From NCBI GenBank assembly GCA_977030845.1, contig OZ365115.1, forward strand, positions 29,946,001 through 30,010,000: a DNA stretch of 64,000 nucleotides, given 5' to 3'. The translations under genes were made by a program, and so were the position numbers. The notes beneath the pieces are model-generated. The model was not told the DNA's origin, made no database searches, and worked only from the letters and a program-made list of their open reading frames with translations. Origin of the DNA: Fimbriosthenelais zetlandica (taxonomy: Eukaryota). Positions 1 through 13,000 of the stretch are shown here, piece after piece; position 1 is the stretch's first letter, and each line of letters begins with the position of its first letter.

Positions 1-1046
1 ACCATACCGGATGTCATGTACACGAGGAAAAAAACGAACAAAGTCTACGACCTTTGACAATGGTGCTTTGGCAAAATAATTCCCATCGCATTTAGCGCTA
101 ACAACCTGTAAGAGTCATGAAGCACTGTAAAAAGACACTTCACTTCTCTCTCTCCACTCCTTTGCCATACTCGCCTGCAATGGAAAACATCCGGGTGGAA
201 TGAAATAAGCAGACATAAATGATGCCATGCTCTGACTCCCAAGAAAGTAAGATATAGATTTGCACCAGGCAAAGTTGAGGTTAGTGCTTCCTAAAAAGGC
301 AACATTCCGGTTATAGAGTCACAAGATGGGAGTGCACGTTTTAGTGCTTAAAGGTGAATGACTTGACCGATATTTTTTGACATTAAAAAATCACTGCAGG
401 TATTATGATGATAAAGAAGTTATCTATTGCCTCCTTGAAGGTATGTGAACGCTGATAAAAAGATTAAGGTTATCTTCAATCCTGATCTCAATATGACCAA
501 AATGGGGAATTATGTGGAGATAGCAATGCGTACATTTTACTGACTAGCCTATGTTATACTCATTACTTTTGCTGTATATATGTCCTATATTTGTTTAATG
601 TCAAGTGAATTCGGTAATTTGACATTTGAACATTTTCAGAACTTATGTATTTCTCCATGAAACCAGGCATGGACCAGCACCACAGGTCTATGTCTAGTTC
701 AAGGTATTATCTCTAGATGGCAGAGCGGAGCTCATGGTCAGCTACACTCGCTACAATGTTACTCAAAGCTCACAACAGAGGGCCCTAGTTCTGCTCTCAC
801 GCCACCACAAACTCCTGAGTACACCTATCCATCTCTCCTTCTTTTCAAATTGTTCATTTCCTGGCAGTGATGAATTAATACTGGTTCTTAGAGTTAAACC
901 TATTTCCTTGTTCTCAATCTTTACCTGATTAAATATTTCGTGGGTTGCCCTGGTCAAACATCAAAAGCTTGTTTAATAATGCTGTCACTTTATGTTCTTG
1001 CCTGCTTGCATCTAACCATACTCACAAATTTGCTTGTATTTTACAG

Positions 1047-1070
1047 AGCTGGGACCCTCGGCACTTCCAA
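1047..1070 (+). CDS. PPFIA: Putative 24-nt liprin-alpha microexon encoding SWDPRHFQ (phase 0-0)
   Basis: ttttacag|AGCTGGGACCCTCGGCACTTCCAA|gtaagt. TCTAAC branch-point motif at 1011-1016, TGC at 1031-1033, and no AG for about 80 nt before the acceptor. Length is divisible by 3 with no stop, compatible with the phase-0 exon at 24598. No homology support for the peptide itself. Confidence 0.55.
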
Positions 1071-4000
1071 GTAAGTTTGAAATATTAGGATTGCTAGATT
1101 TATGTAGATTAGTGATGCAAAATGTCCCTGGACTTATTTTACTGGGTCTTCATTTTGTTATCGTGGTGTATATCTGTGTGTATACAGTTGGTTTTGGTTT
1201 AGTGTACAAGTTCCTTTTCCTCTATACCTTTCCTTTATAGTTAGTTATAGTTCTTTTGCAAGATCTTTTTTTACTTCATTTGGTTAATATATTTCCTTAT
1301 GTGACATATATGGACCAATTTTGTTGTGTGTGCAAACTCTTAAGTGTTCTATTTAAGCGTTAATATTATATGGATTTCCTTCATATATTTTCTTTTCTAT
1401 CGGAATCAAGTGTTATGACTATTTTACGTGTATCTCTTCCACAAATACTGGACCAGATCCCCAGTTTATGACCCTTGAAATCCGCCTCAAAGGACGAGGT
1501 CTTGAAGCATCCTGGAAAAGCAAAATTCCAATGAGTCCGCGACCAACCACTTTTCCCACCTTCTCAATGAGCTAGGTGGCCAGCCTACTACCCCAGCATA
1601 CAAAACAGCCTTGGAAATTAAAAATACAAAAGCTCCACAGCCAGCAAAGGAAATGAAGAACACAGACTCCCGATGGTCTTTTGCTAGTCGACACTGCTAC
1701 TATTTGGATGATAATGTCTTTATAGCCTAGTCTGAGATACTTTATCACACAATCATATATATATTATATAGAGGTGATAGATGTGGGGAAGAGGAAAGTA
1801 ACATGTTAGTAGCGCTGATAACAAATCTGATACAATATTCATTTCTCTCCTGATGAATTCAGTGATGACGAATGATGAACCACTTCAAATGCTCTTCTGG
1901 GATTTCTTCGTAGCACAGGATGTCGACGATATATCTTTTACGTCTTCCGCTAATTGCTCAGTATTTTAACTGCCTGGCATTTATAAGCATTCTAAATGCA
2001 AGGACGAAGGGCAGATGCTGCTTTTGGCGCCAGTAAATGAATATTGGCTTATAATGACTTGCCAGGAATCTTCATAGGGATCTTTTAGTGCCTCTAATGC
2101 TACAAAATTCTAACTGAAAAACTGTTGGACACTATTTTCTTAGACAATTTCTTTTCAAACGTTTATCCAGGAATTGATCTCAGACATTTTTAGCTATTTG
2201 AAATAGCAGCCACATTGTAAAGTCTGTATCAAGTATGGCTGTCCTGTTTAGGAATATGTATAGCATGATGATTCATTGGCAGCAAACGTCTGACCAATAT
2301 TCATATCTTATCCGCCTGCATGTTCCCATTCCTCTTGGGTCTATTTACATTTAGCCCTGCTTCCAGCCAATATTCACAAACATCTCTCCCCCAATAGTGT
2401 TGTTGACCTGACCCCAGCATTGACCTTGAACTTTGGGCCCTGACCTTGTCTGGAGAAGCTGACCGGTCAGAGTGTAGTATCACCTCTGACCGTGTGATGC
2501 CCATTTCTCGGCCAGTTGCCATGGGAACCGGAAGGAATCGCAGGCGGAAACTGTTGATCATAGATTTGGTGACGCTAGAAGAGATGAGAAAGTGGCTCTA
2601 TTGAACAGGCCTTGTACAGTACTCATAGCAAGCCGTGCATGCAAAAATATATATGTTGAACATGCTGAAGCAAGGGACGAATACTTTAACGCTAATGTCA
2701 TTTAACACTCCAACGATTCTCATGTGAATTTAATTAGGAGAATAGATGTATACATAGCTATTTTTGCTAAGATCCCGTATAGAGCCGCCCTCTGTTGAGT
2801 AAACCTGAAAGTATCTATGATGAATATTCATATGATGAAAGGTACAGATACCGGATTGATCACATCATTAGATCATGGTCATATTTTACTTGTATGTGAA
2901 TTGATTTATGGTCAAATCGACGGTAAAAACACTTTACTTTAGGGATAATATATCAGAATGTGTTTACTATTATGCCTGCGAGGCCTGAAACAGTGCGAGG
3001 CACGTCCACTAAAAGCAGCCTTTGCCCCAAGCCTCGTCACACCCCGGGTGATGAATATTTAGACGTGGAAAGGCCTTCACACGTCTGAACGTTGACACCT
3101 CGTAAGGCCAGCACGTAGCTGTCTCATCTAACAAAGGAATAATGAGACATATAACCTAACTTCAACACTGCAAGCCTGTCCAAATAGCAGGCTTCAACAA
3201 GTGTTTGGATGCAGGTTTTCTCAAATTTGCAGAGTAAATGAATTATGTTCCCAAAAAGTGTCCCTAATAAGCACTTAGGTCGGTTCCTGTTGAACACCAG
3301 TTTTAATGGATAACTTCCATTCCTTATAAAAACGTGTAACGAGAGTATCATTTATCTAGCCCAGACAAGTAAAGTAGCAGATTGAATGCCCTGTCTGGCC
3401 TCCCCACCATTATTTCTCTCTAATTGTTGAGGATAATTAAGGATAATTACTATGGTAGCAGTTTAATTGCCACAAATCATGACCTACCATACGTGACTTG
3501 GTGTCTCCATGCTTAATTTGTGTCGTGGACTCTGCATTAGATTTGACAATGAGACAAAGGCTGTTAACTTAAGTTGTCTAGACTGAATCTGCAAGAGTTA
3601 TATTGCTCATCTGAGCAGCAGCTGTTGCTATTATGAGCAGCAGCTTTTACACACACTTCATATTTTCTGATTTTCATTCCAAAATTCTAATGGATTGCTC
3701 AAAGGATATAATATATTGTCTATACGGCCTACTACCAGTATATGGCACTATTTCATAGATTAGTTTTGTATTCCCGAGGCCTGCTGTAGTTTAGCTTCTG
3801 AAATGCCTTTAGGTCATGGTCGTACGAAGCACATGTTTAATCAGGGGAATAGATGCTGAATATACCAGTGAAAGTCATCACTGGTAACTTGTCATAATCA
3901 TCCCTACTTGGCAACTCCTACTCCAATACACGATCCTGAAATGATTCAGACTTAAATGTTCTACCGTATTGGAGTTGGGCCCTAATCCTTCAAGGCTTGA

Positions 4001-7000
4001 GTTTAGGCAGTAAAAACTCGTCTGTACCATATCAAGAAGAGCCAAGTCTTTAATCTGGCCTGGTTCATTTTTAGCCATCTAAGCAATGTTGCAATACGGG
4101 TCACAACCTCAATAGGCCATAATTACATCAGTGGGCAGCATGCAGCATCCCTAATGTAATTGGGGTGTAAAGACGTGCTGTTGATCATGTTGATTGGAAT
4201 TGTTCCAGACCCTGCACTAATTAATAAGTGATTAATTCAATTAACACTGATATGATTGATTGGGCCGTCGTCATTGTAAAGTCAGCTTAACAATTTTCTG
4301 GTCTACTTCGTTGTATGGAGAGCCGACTATCATATGTCCGGGAAATGGGGCCACTCTTTTCTATTTTTTTTTAGATTCAATATACATTGCTTTCCTTCAA
4401 GGCATTTCTTGTCCTAGTTTTCATTGCCATAATTCTAAGGTTTATGAATTTTCCTGCTCAAGGATCTTCTGGAATGAGTAGGTCTAAACCAAGGAACCAT
4501 CTGTTTTGGATCTTTGAAGAGCCAGGAATTCTCTAATATATTATGTCTTCTACCTGCTGTTCATGGGAGGCATACAGATCAGGCTAGGTGCTCCCCATAC
4601 CTCACCATCGCCGGCTAGCAGACACTTACCATATGTCACAAATGATCTATAAAATCATCACCCCTTCTGGAAGACATCATCTCACTTGCATTGCTTCGTG
4701 CAGGTCTGAACTAACTGATTATAACTATTTTCATCTGCATATCGAACGGCGATGCATGCAATTGTTTGTTTTCAAGCAAATTGTCTCATGTAATATGTAC
4801 CATGTATAGCAATTGTTGACTGGGCGTTGTGACGCCTGGTTTTTCTGGCTGCCGTTGGGTGGCAGCAGTAGTATTAGCTCCTGTGTCAGGCTCCTGGCCA
4901 GGAAACCCATCACCTCTCAGCCATCCTCCTCCCTCCTCCTCCTCATCCTCCGGCAAGCTACGCCAGCCACACAGACCGGCAAGCAGTCGTGCTGAAGAGT
5001 GGGCAGAAGAGAGCAGAGTGCATCACCTTTCTGCCCAAGAAAAACCTGTTCCCTGCAACAGGCTGATCAGGATGCGCCCAGAGTCCTCCCAACTGAGTCA
5101 CTCTTCTTGGTGAAAGGAGAAGAGATGAAAAGTTGAAGTCATATCTGCCAAGTGCATCGTCCCAAGGCATTATTGGATTAAAATTAGCTTTTCCCTAGGT
5201 TTACTCTCTGAAATTTGGAGCATTTTTCTTCTGCATATAGAACAAGCATTTCTTGCTGCATCCTACCTAGATTGTGTTCTGAATGTCGAAAGGATTTTAA
5301 CCAGGAGCAAGGAGCATATCTTTGTTCAGGATATTGTGAATTAAGTGCCGGAGATTTCTCCCCAGCAAATGAAACCATTGGATCTATTTGATGTTTTTAC
5401 ATAGGTGTGTGGACCCAACACCTGAAAACCAGATGTTTGAAGCGTCAGGAGCCAGCCACGTACCCTGACTAATCTCTTGTTCACTCAGACATCTGACTTG
5501 AATATGCACATCAGCCGTTTAGGCCTAACTGCTTGGAAGGAAAAATCCCCAGGCAGATGTAGCAATACAAAATAGTTGTTATTGGATAAGCGAACAACAC
5601 TGTATGAGTGATTGCTCAAGTAGCTATCGTGTCTCACTTATACATGTTCGCTGTTTTTATAACTACCTGTGATCTTGAAAGGATGATCTTGAACCAAATG
5701 TGTCTGGATCTTACAACATTGAACAGATCAATATTTAAATTACAGGTAAATGTGTGCATATCTGTGGGTCTGTTCCATTATTGAAGTCACTATGGCTCGT
5801 CATATCATGTCATATCCATAATATTTTATTGTATGACTGATGGTGAATAAGCTATGTCTTATAAAGTATCTGGATGTTAATGGCTGTGGAGATGCTATCA
5901 TGTAGTGCTAGCAGGCACATTAACCATCAGATGGCCAACTAGTATTACATGTTTGGTCTGACCAGAGCCATGATATCCTTGTTTATGTTTGTTTTAACAT
6001 CTGAGCAAATGTGAGCAGGTAGGGGTGAGAGGAGAGCGAGAATCCGATATATGCCATACTGCTGTCATGCTGGGTCCACATTCTGGTTTATTTGCGGACC
6101 CCTAGAGTTTGGAGCCATCCTGTCCTTAGCCTAATTCACAAGTGTTCTTGAAGCGATATACAACATAAGATACCAATAATTGTGAGAAATGTTGATCATA
6201 CATAACATATTATATATAATCACCGCAACAGATTATAGACCTAAATGCTAATAAGCTGCAATGTTATCAGATTCCGATTTTCATAGTCCCAGATGGAGTA
6301 TTTAAAGTTAATTACGTACTAGATTAAGCCCCGTAGAATCTGGCACAACATTAAACACTGTGTTGCTGTTGTTGTTAGGATACCTCTGGTCTATATATAC
6401 AACATTAAGGGTCTGGGTAGAAGCCAGCTGAACATTAAGGCTCTAACCATGGACCTAATCTTCCCTGAGAAGGTAATCTGTCTCTTTAATAGTTCATGCT
6501 GCACTCTAACCCAGAGGTTAAACTAATGAACAGCGGAGGCCACCTGTCAATACATAGGCCTACCAGACTGTAGACTGGGCCGCCTGATGGGATCTATATA
6601 CCTCTCCGGGATTATCCTTATTCAGAGGAAATTCTAATAAAAAAGCTGATCTCATTGTGTCAGAGTATCGATCTGCAAACGTGAATTGAAGTTTAGATGC
6701 AGAAATAGGATACGCCGAGAGAAAACACCGCGAAGCCTGTAGAGGTTTTTTGAAAGCTGTGATCTTTCATGCGTGTGTTCCGTAGACTTAATATAAGGCC
6801 AAAGTTCCAATGGTTCCTTCTCATGTCCAAGGCACACGTCTCATCTTCTCGTATCGTGCTGCGAATTTGGAGCCTTGGAAGTGTTGGCGATCTTAAAGAT
6901 CCAATAACAAGTTTAGCTTAAAAACAGAGGACATCAAAAATGAGAAGCCTTTACCTGTGCCAACAGAGATGTTAGGCTTTTTAGCTAAAAGAATCTATGA

Positions 7001-10000
7001 TCAAATGAATATCACACACCGACACCAACTACCAACGACATCCAACGGGCTCTTGATCGATTGCTTCCAGATCAGACCTGGAAGATGAACTTTTATCCTG
7101 ATCCCATTAAATAAACCTGCTCAGGCAGATTGCTTTAAAATTTAAGCAGAATCTTTGATCATTTTCACTTTTAATTCTCCAATAATGAAGCAGGTCACAA
7201 AGCCCAATTGCAGACAATTGAATCCAATAAGCAGCCAGTAGGTTTTTAACGCCAAACTTCTTTGACTGCCTTGATTGCTTGGTCAATATTTCCTTTGAAA
7301 TCCGATAAGTTTAACTTTCCTTCTCGAGTAGAGAATGGGCTTTTGGTTGCTACTGAATGAAGTTCCTACTTAAAATAATTTTCTAACACTTGGCTTCCTG
7401 TCTGAAATAGGAACTTCATATGTCTTATGAGAGCACATTAATAATATAATTGGGATCTCTGACTTTATTTTCAGAGCTAAACTGAGCTTAGATCTGTCTA
7501 CTGTAGAGATCCATGATTCTCTGGGCCATTAGATGGATTTAACAACCCAGTACATGGTCATAGTAAACCTTTTACCTGAACGAATGCTATAACCAGCCCC
7601 GTCACCTGAGGCCATGACTTCACTGATGGCTTACAGGATCTAGTTTATAGATGAATATGTATGTATACATGCCACAGACGGTCTAATGAGACCACAGTTG
7701 GGCGGCATGTGATCCCTTTATATCATGTCTAGAAGCAGCCAAACTCAACCAGCCTCCCCTACCCCCTCATCCCCCTCCTATAAAGTCACTGATTTCAGTC
7801 TGTTGTCCGCCCAAGACCCATTGATTTACACCATTGGGAAATGATTTAAAAGGCTTTTTCAAATAGGTCATGATTGGAGCAAGTATCTGGTGATTGTTAT
7901 AATTCTTGGGCCATGATTGCCCTGATGGGAATAAACCCCCTTAAATCGACCCTTCACCGTTCCCCAGATTACATTTCTCCTCATGAATTGGTCTGGACAA
8001 TTGTACCTGGATAGACTCAAAAATAGATGGTTTTTGCGTGCAAAATCGAATGGGATCGATGTCCAGATGCCCTGCTGTGATGAGCTTTCATATTCATTGC
8101 CTTTTTTAAACCTGGGTCCAATCATTTGGCCACTGAATACAATGCCAGGTTATTGACAGTACAGAATGCTGATGCATGGATATTAAATCAGAAATATCGA
8201 GATTTGTTGAGGCAGTTCCCCTATTAATCAATTAAATGGTAACAGTTGTTAAGGTATTTGGTTCTCAAACTTTAATTATTGAGAGGATAACTCTTGGGTA
8301 TAAATATGTCTATATTATTTCTCCGCTTGCTTCTGCGTTGGATCTTGAATTTGTCCTCTGTCCAATAAACCTGTGACACCAGCTGTCCATATTGGGTGGA
8401 GTTTCCGCTCCTAGAATAGATGTTATAACCTATCAGCCATCCCTTCCTCACCCTACCACCGCCACAACCACACACCGCCCACCAACTTCCAAGCAAAGCC
8501 AGCAAGCAAGCAATCAATCAATAGTTCTCTCCCGCTATCAATACTACCTTTACTGGCTTCACATCTGACCCACCTGGGAGCAGGGATGGGGCATGGAGGG
8601 AGGTGGGCAGATGATGTTCCTATGAAACAGATCAATACATGTATATCTTTACAGGACACTTCATTCAGCCAGTCAGTTGTACTATATATTTTGTATTTAA
8701 AAATTAATGGTAGGACTAATAGAATGGTTGAATAGTGTTTTAAAGCCATGCCATCAACTAAAAGGCTCTTCATGGCGAAAGCCTAATATTAAACGATTTA
8801 TCTTGGGTCTAAAGGTCTAAAGGTCTCAACAATCACAAATAATTATTGATTGCTGAGTGATCTTATGAATTTACATTTGAGCAAGACATGCATGTATATT
8901 ATATGATAGGACTACTACTTTCTATCAATATTATACTGAGTAAATGTACTTAAGTTGATAGCCTCTGATGGACTTTACCCAGTAAAGGCATCACCATGAG
9001 ATGCCCAAGCCTTAGGCGAAAGAATGAGCATACCAGCCATATAAGAGTTACTATCAATTGTACCTTGATAACATTAATGGTTGTGGTCATCTGCCTTGTA
9101 GAGTTCATGCCTCTAGGGTAGTAGCTATCAAGTAACCCATACTAGTGAGCCAGTCAACCTCCCAGACCCCCACCCCCACCCCCTCCATGGCTTGCTCTTG
9201 TTCCTCCAGGCTGGAGCCCCTTACAGTATGTCTATATCACCTCCACACCTCATTCTCTTCACGTGTTGGTGGGCGTTGAGGTGTGTGGCCATATGTTTCA
9301 GGTGCTATACTCGCCCTCAGGCTCGCCCCTCTTGGATCCCTTGTGCCAAGACTCTAGAATCTATAGGCTACCCATTGGTGGCCTTTATAGCATTCATTGA
9401 CAATTGGACTATAATGGATAAAATTGCAGTTCAGATTCAATATACAATAGGAAGTTAATATTCTAATTTCATTAATTTTGTAATGTATAATCTAGATAAT
9501 AATATATGGTGGAATGGGGTAATAGTATATATATTGGGATTTTCCTCCCTCTCGTCCCCTGTATAGCCTACGCCTACACGATCTGCTCACATTTGCTCTG
9601 GACCTTATTACATATAGGTATATTATCTACGCTCATCATATGAACAATCACCTCGTGGGATTAAGCGCTCAGTGGATTATACCCTACTAATCTCATAAGC
9701 CACCGTGTAGAGGCCAGAGGACACATACACCCACCATCAACGGATAATTATTCAACTCTTGTGCTCTGGATATTGTAATGCCATTAATTTCTTCATCGAG
9801 GATGGATTAATCATTCTACCTTTGATAATATTTCTGAAAAAAAAAGAGTTATAAGAGTTTTTCAGTTACAATATTTGCTGAATCACTGTGCTTCAGATCC
9901 AATATTTCTCCCTGAAAATTAATATCTGTCGTACATAATAGACAGGCAGCAGCAAGCTGGATATGATTCCATCCCCCACCCTTGTCATCACTGATATACA

Positions 10001-13000
10001 ATAACCCAATTGGATGATGGAGATCTTAATTAAAATGATCGATTGACATTGGAACTAATCCAGTTGTCACACGCTGCATGTGATAATCCGTAAAAGCTGC
10101 ATCGGATAAGTGTACCTATAGACAAGGAAAGTTTGTGATTAAAACCAGTTTCCTGTTGAACGATAACCTTCCCCTTGCTCATATGTAGAAGCATAGATTT
10201 TACCCTTGATGAACAGTTTATGTATGTCAGCCGTTGAACACTGCTGTAACATCATGATCTAAATCAGTCAGTTATTGAACGTGGAAATAAGTCAATAAAG
10301 TGACTGATAAGGAATAAATAGGTATCAATATGATACATAAAAATCATATATTTAGACCTGATTATCCAATACTCTCCCGGCTTTTACATCCTAATATCAA
10401 CTGGATATCCGAAGGTTAACATGTGATCAGTTTCATAGACTGATGAGTATTGTACTTTCTGTAGTTCTTCATTTTTCCTCTGTTCCAAAATTACCGATGG
10501 ACGGATGGAGGAAGGAACAACGTCTCTGACCGTACCTCTATAGATACTGTAAGCGTTGATAAGGAATATTGGTGGTATATATAAATCATAGTGGAATAGA
10601 ATGGTTCCTCAATTATAGAGGAGCTTGTTGTGGCGTCCTCATAAAAAACATTGTAGTTGGTCGGCTAAAAAAAACAGGCAATCAGCTGCCAGCAGAAAGC
10701 AGATGAAAACTTGAGGGGGAAAGAAGCATCCCCGCTTATTGTTTTCTTCTTTTTGCCATTTTAATGATATTTCTTGACCGCTGGAAATAATTGGAAGACT
10801 CTGTTGGTTGTCTCACAGAGTAATAGCTTTTCATTAAGTTATCTTTGAGTGGAGGATCTCAAAGAGTGATAAGGGCTCTCATTGCTTAAATGGCATGGAT
10901 TTATCTGTACAGAAACAGTTGAAGACATCTCCTTTAACAGAGTGCAGCCATTAACAATACTGCATTCTCATGTGTTGCTCTAACATCACACGTCCTTGGT
11001 CCCATCCATGGCCAAGGGACGCCCTGGATGTGATCTCGCTCATCTGGTGGATGGACTTTCTAAGCAATGCTTTACCTTGGCATTAACCCTGGAGGTGTTG
11101 ATGGTCCTGGCAGTCGGTGTGGGAGCACCTCAATGTGAAACCATCATCCAGGCCAAGCTCCAAGTGACTCCCCCATACGTGCCGAGCAACTCAATCCTTC
11201 TCCTCTTCTAGAGCATGCTTAGCCTCCCCCGTCCACAATCCTCATTACCGCCACCTTCTACACCACAACCGCCATCTAAACCAACACCATCACCTTTTGT
11301 TGTAAGTCCATTTACTGCTGCCTGGGTCACAGCTGACTGCTCACCTGTGATCAACAATGAAAAACGGAGTCCTACCACACCTCAACGTCCGCGTCCCGGG
11401 CATGGAAACAGTTGAGGCTTTCGTCAAAAATAACGGAGAGGAATATATAAATCGTTTCCTCCAAGTATGTACCTTAAACACTCTTGATTTTCTTATTGTT
11501 TTGCTCACTGATCTTTCGTCTGGTTATTGAAGTGTCGCTCAAGAAGAAATTATGATGAGAAAATCCTAAAAGCCAGGAAAAAAACAAGTTATAAATCCAA
11601 GAAATTTCAAATTCCAAAAACGGTTGGTCTAAACAAAACTGTACTACAGTAATCGATTTATAATTCTGTACTTTCTTCTTGGGGACCATCATAAACCGTC
11701 CTCTAGTTTTGAAAGTTAAGACACCCCGGCCTCTAAACACAAAGAGAAACTCTTTGATATTATGGATTCAGACCCAGAAAAGTTTAAAGGCAATGGATAA
11801 TAGAGTAGAGCGCAAGAAAGAGTGCATGCAACATCTGATACAACCACTTGTCATCTCTAGGTCAAAATTATTGATGCCACCTGCATTATGTATGGACTTC
11901 TAACCCATCGATGGCGTTAGAAGAAAGGTATAGTGGGATCCTAGTATACTGGCACAGCTGGAAATCTAGGTCTGAAGATTTACGTTTGGCACAGCTTTAG
12001 GAAATGGTCGAATAGGGAGTGGTCGAATGATGGTGAACAAGGCCATTACATTTAGCAGTCATGAGTTAACGACATCTCTACATGTACTGCCTACAGCGAT
12101 ATTAGTTCCTTAACACATTCAGAGAGGAATATTTAATGCATTCTGCCCTTAGAGTAGAGACCATAGACCTAGTCTGAATATGGAAGTTGAGACTCGACCT
12201 GTGTTGCTCCTTTCAGAATGCAATGATTTTAGATTCTCATTGAGATAATCCTGTCTGAGTAGCTTATGTGTAGGGCTGAGCAAAACATCAGGAAGGCAGA
12301 CATGGGATAGCGGGGTGGGTGGGCTATTTTATAGGCTTAGTTATCTTTTAACATGAGTCAGACTGAGTCAACATGGCCAAACTGGTAAAAAATTAACGCT
12401 TAACTACCATGAAATGCCCATCAATATGACCTTCATCATGTCCTCAGCATTAGGATGTTCACTATGGGACCAGCGTCCTGGTTAATAAAGATGGCGATAG
12501 TGACATTAGTGGTATAGTAAAGAAGGCGTTAGAGCCTGGCAGTGAGGGGCCTTGATATAAACTATATGATGAGTCAGATAAGAAGGTGAGGCCATGGAGG
12601 AGACCCTGGAGGAGATAAGGTGTAAAGCTCAGGTGATGGCGAGTTGTTAGCTGCCATTAGGACGACTCAACTTTACCCTCCATCTCCGTCCCTCCTAACA
12701 CCTCCATGGCATGTCTCACTAAAACCACAAGCTTCAACCGAAAAAAAAGAAAAAGAAACCTACTTCAATTGTTGGAAATAATTCTATCTACAGGTAAAAA
12801 TACCATTGCCGTGACAACCTGTAAAAATCGTAGGCGGGTTCTGATATATAAAACAGCTGAAATGATTAGCATCAAACCTATAAATAGTGCAGGGAATTGA
12901 TTATTAGCATACTTTGTTAACAAGAGGGCCTTTTAAACTACTTTTGCCTAGGCCTATATGTCATGAGCTATGGTGTTGCTTTGACATAAGTAGTCATGTT

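Noticed and set aside
1845-1885. Three TGATGA motifs suggesting a C/D-box snoRNA
   Set aside because: No suitably spaced D box with a terminal stem was found.
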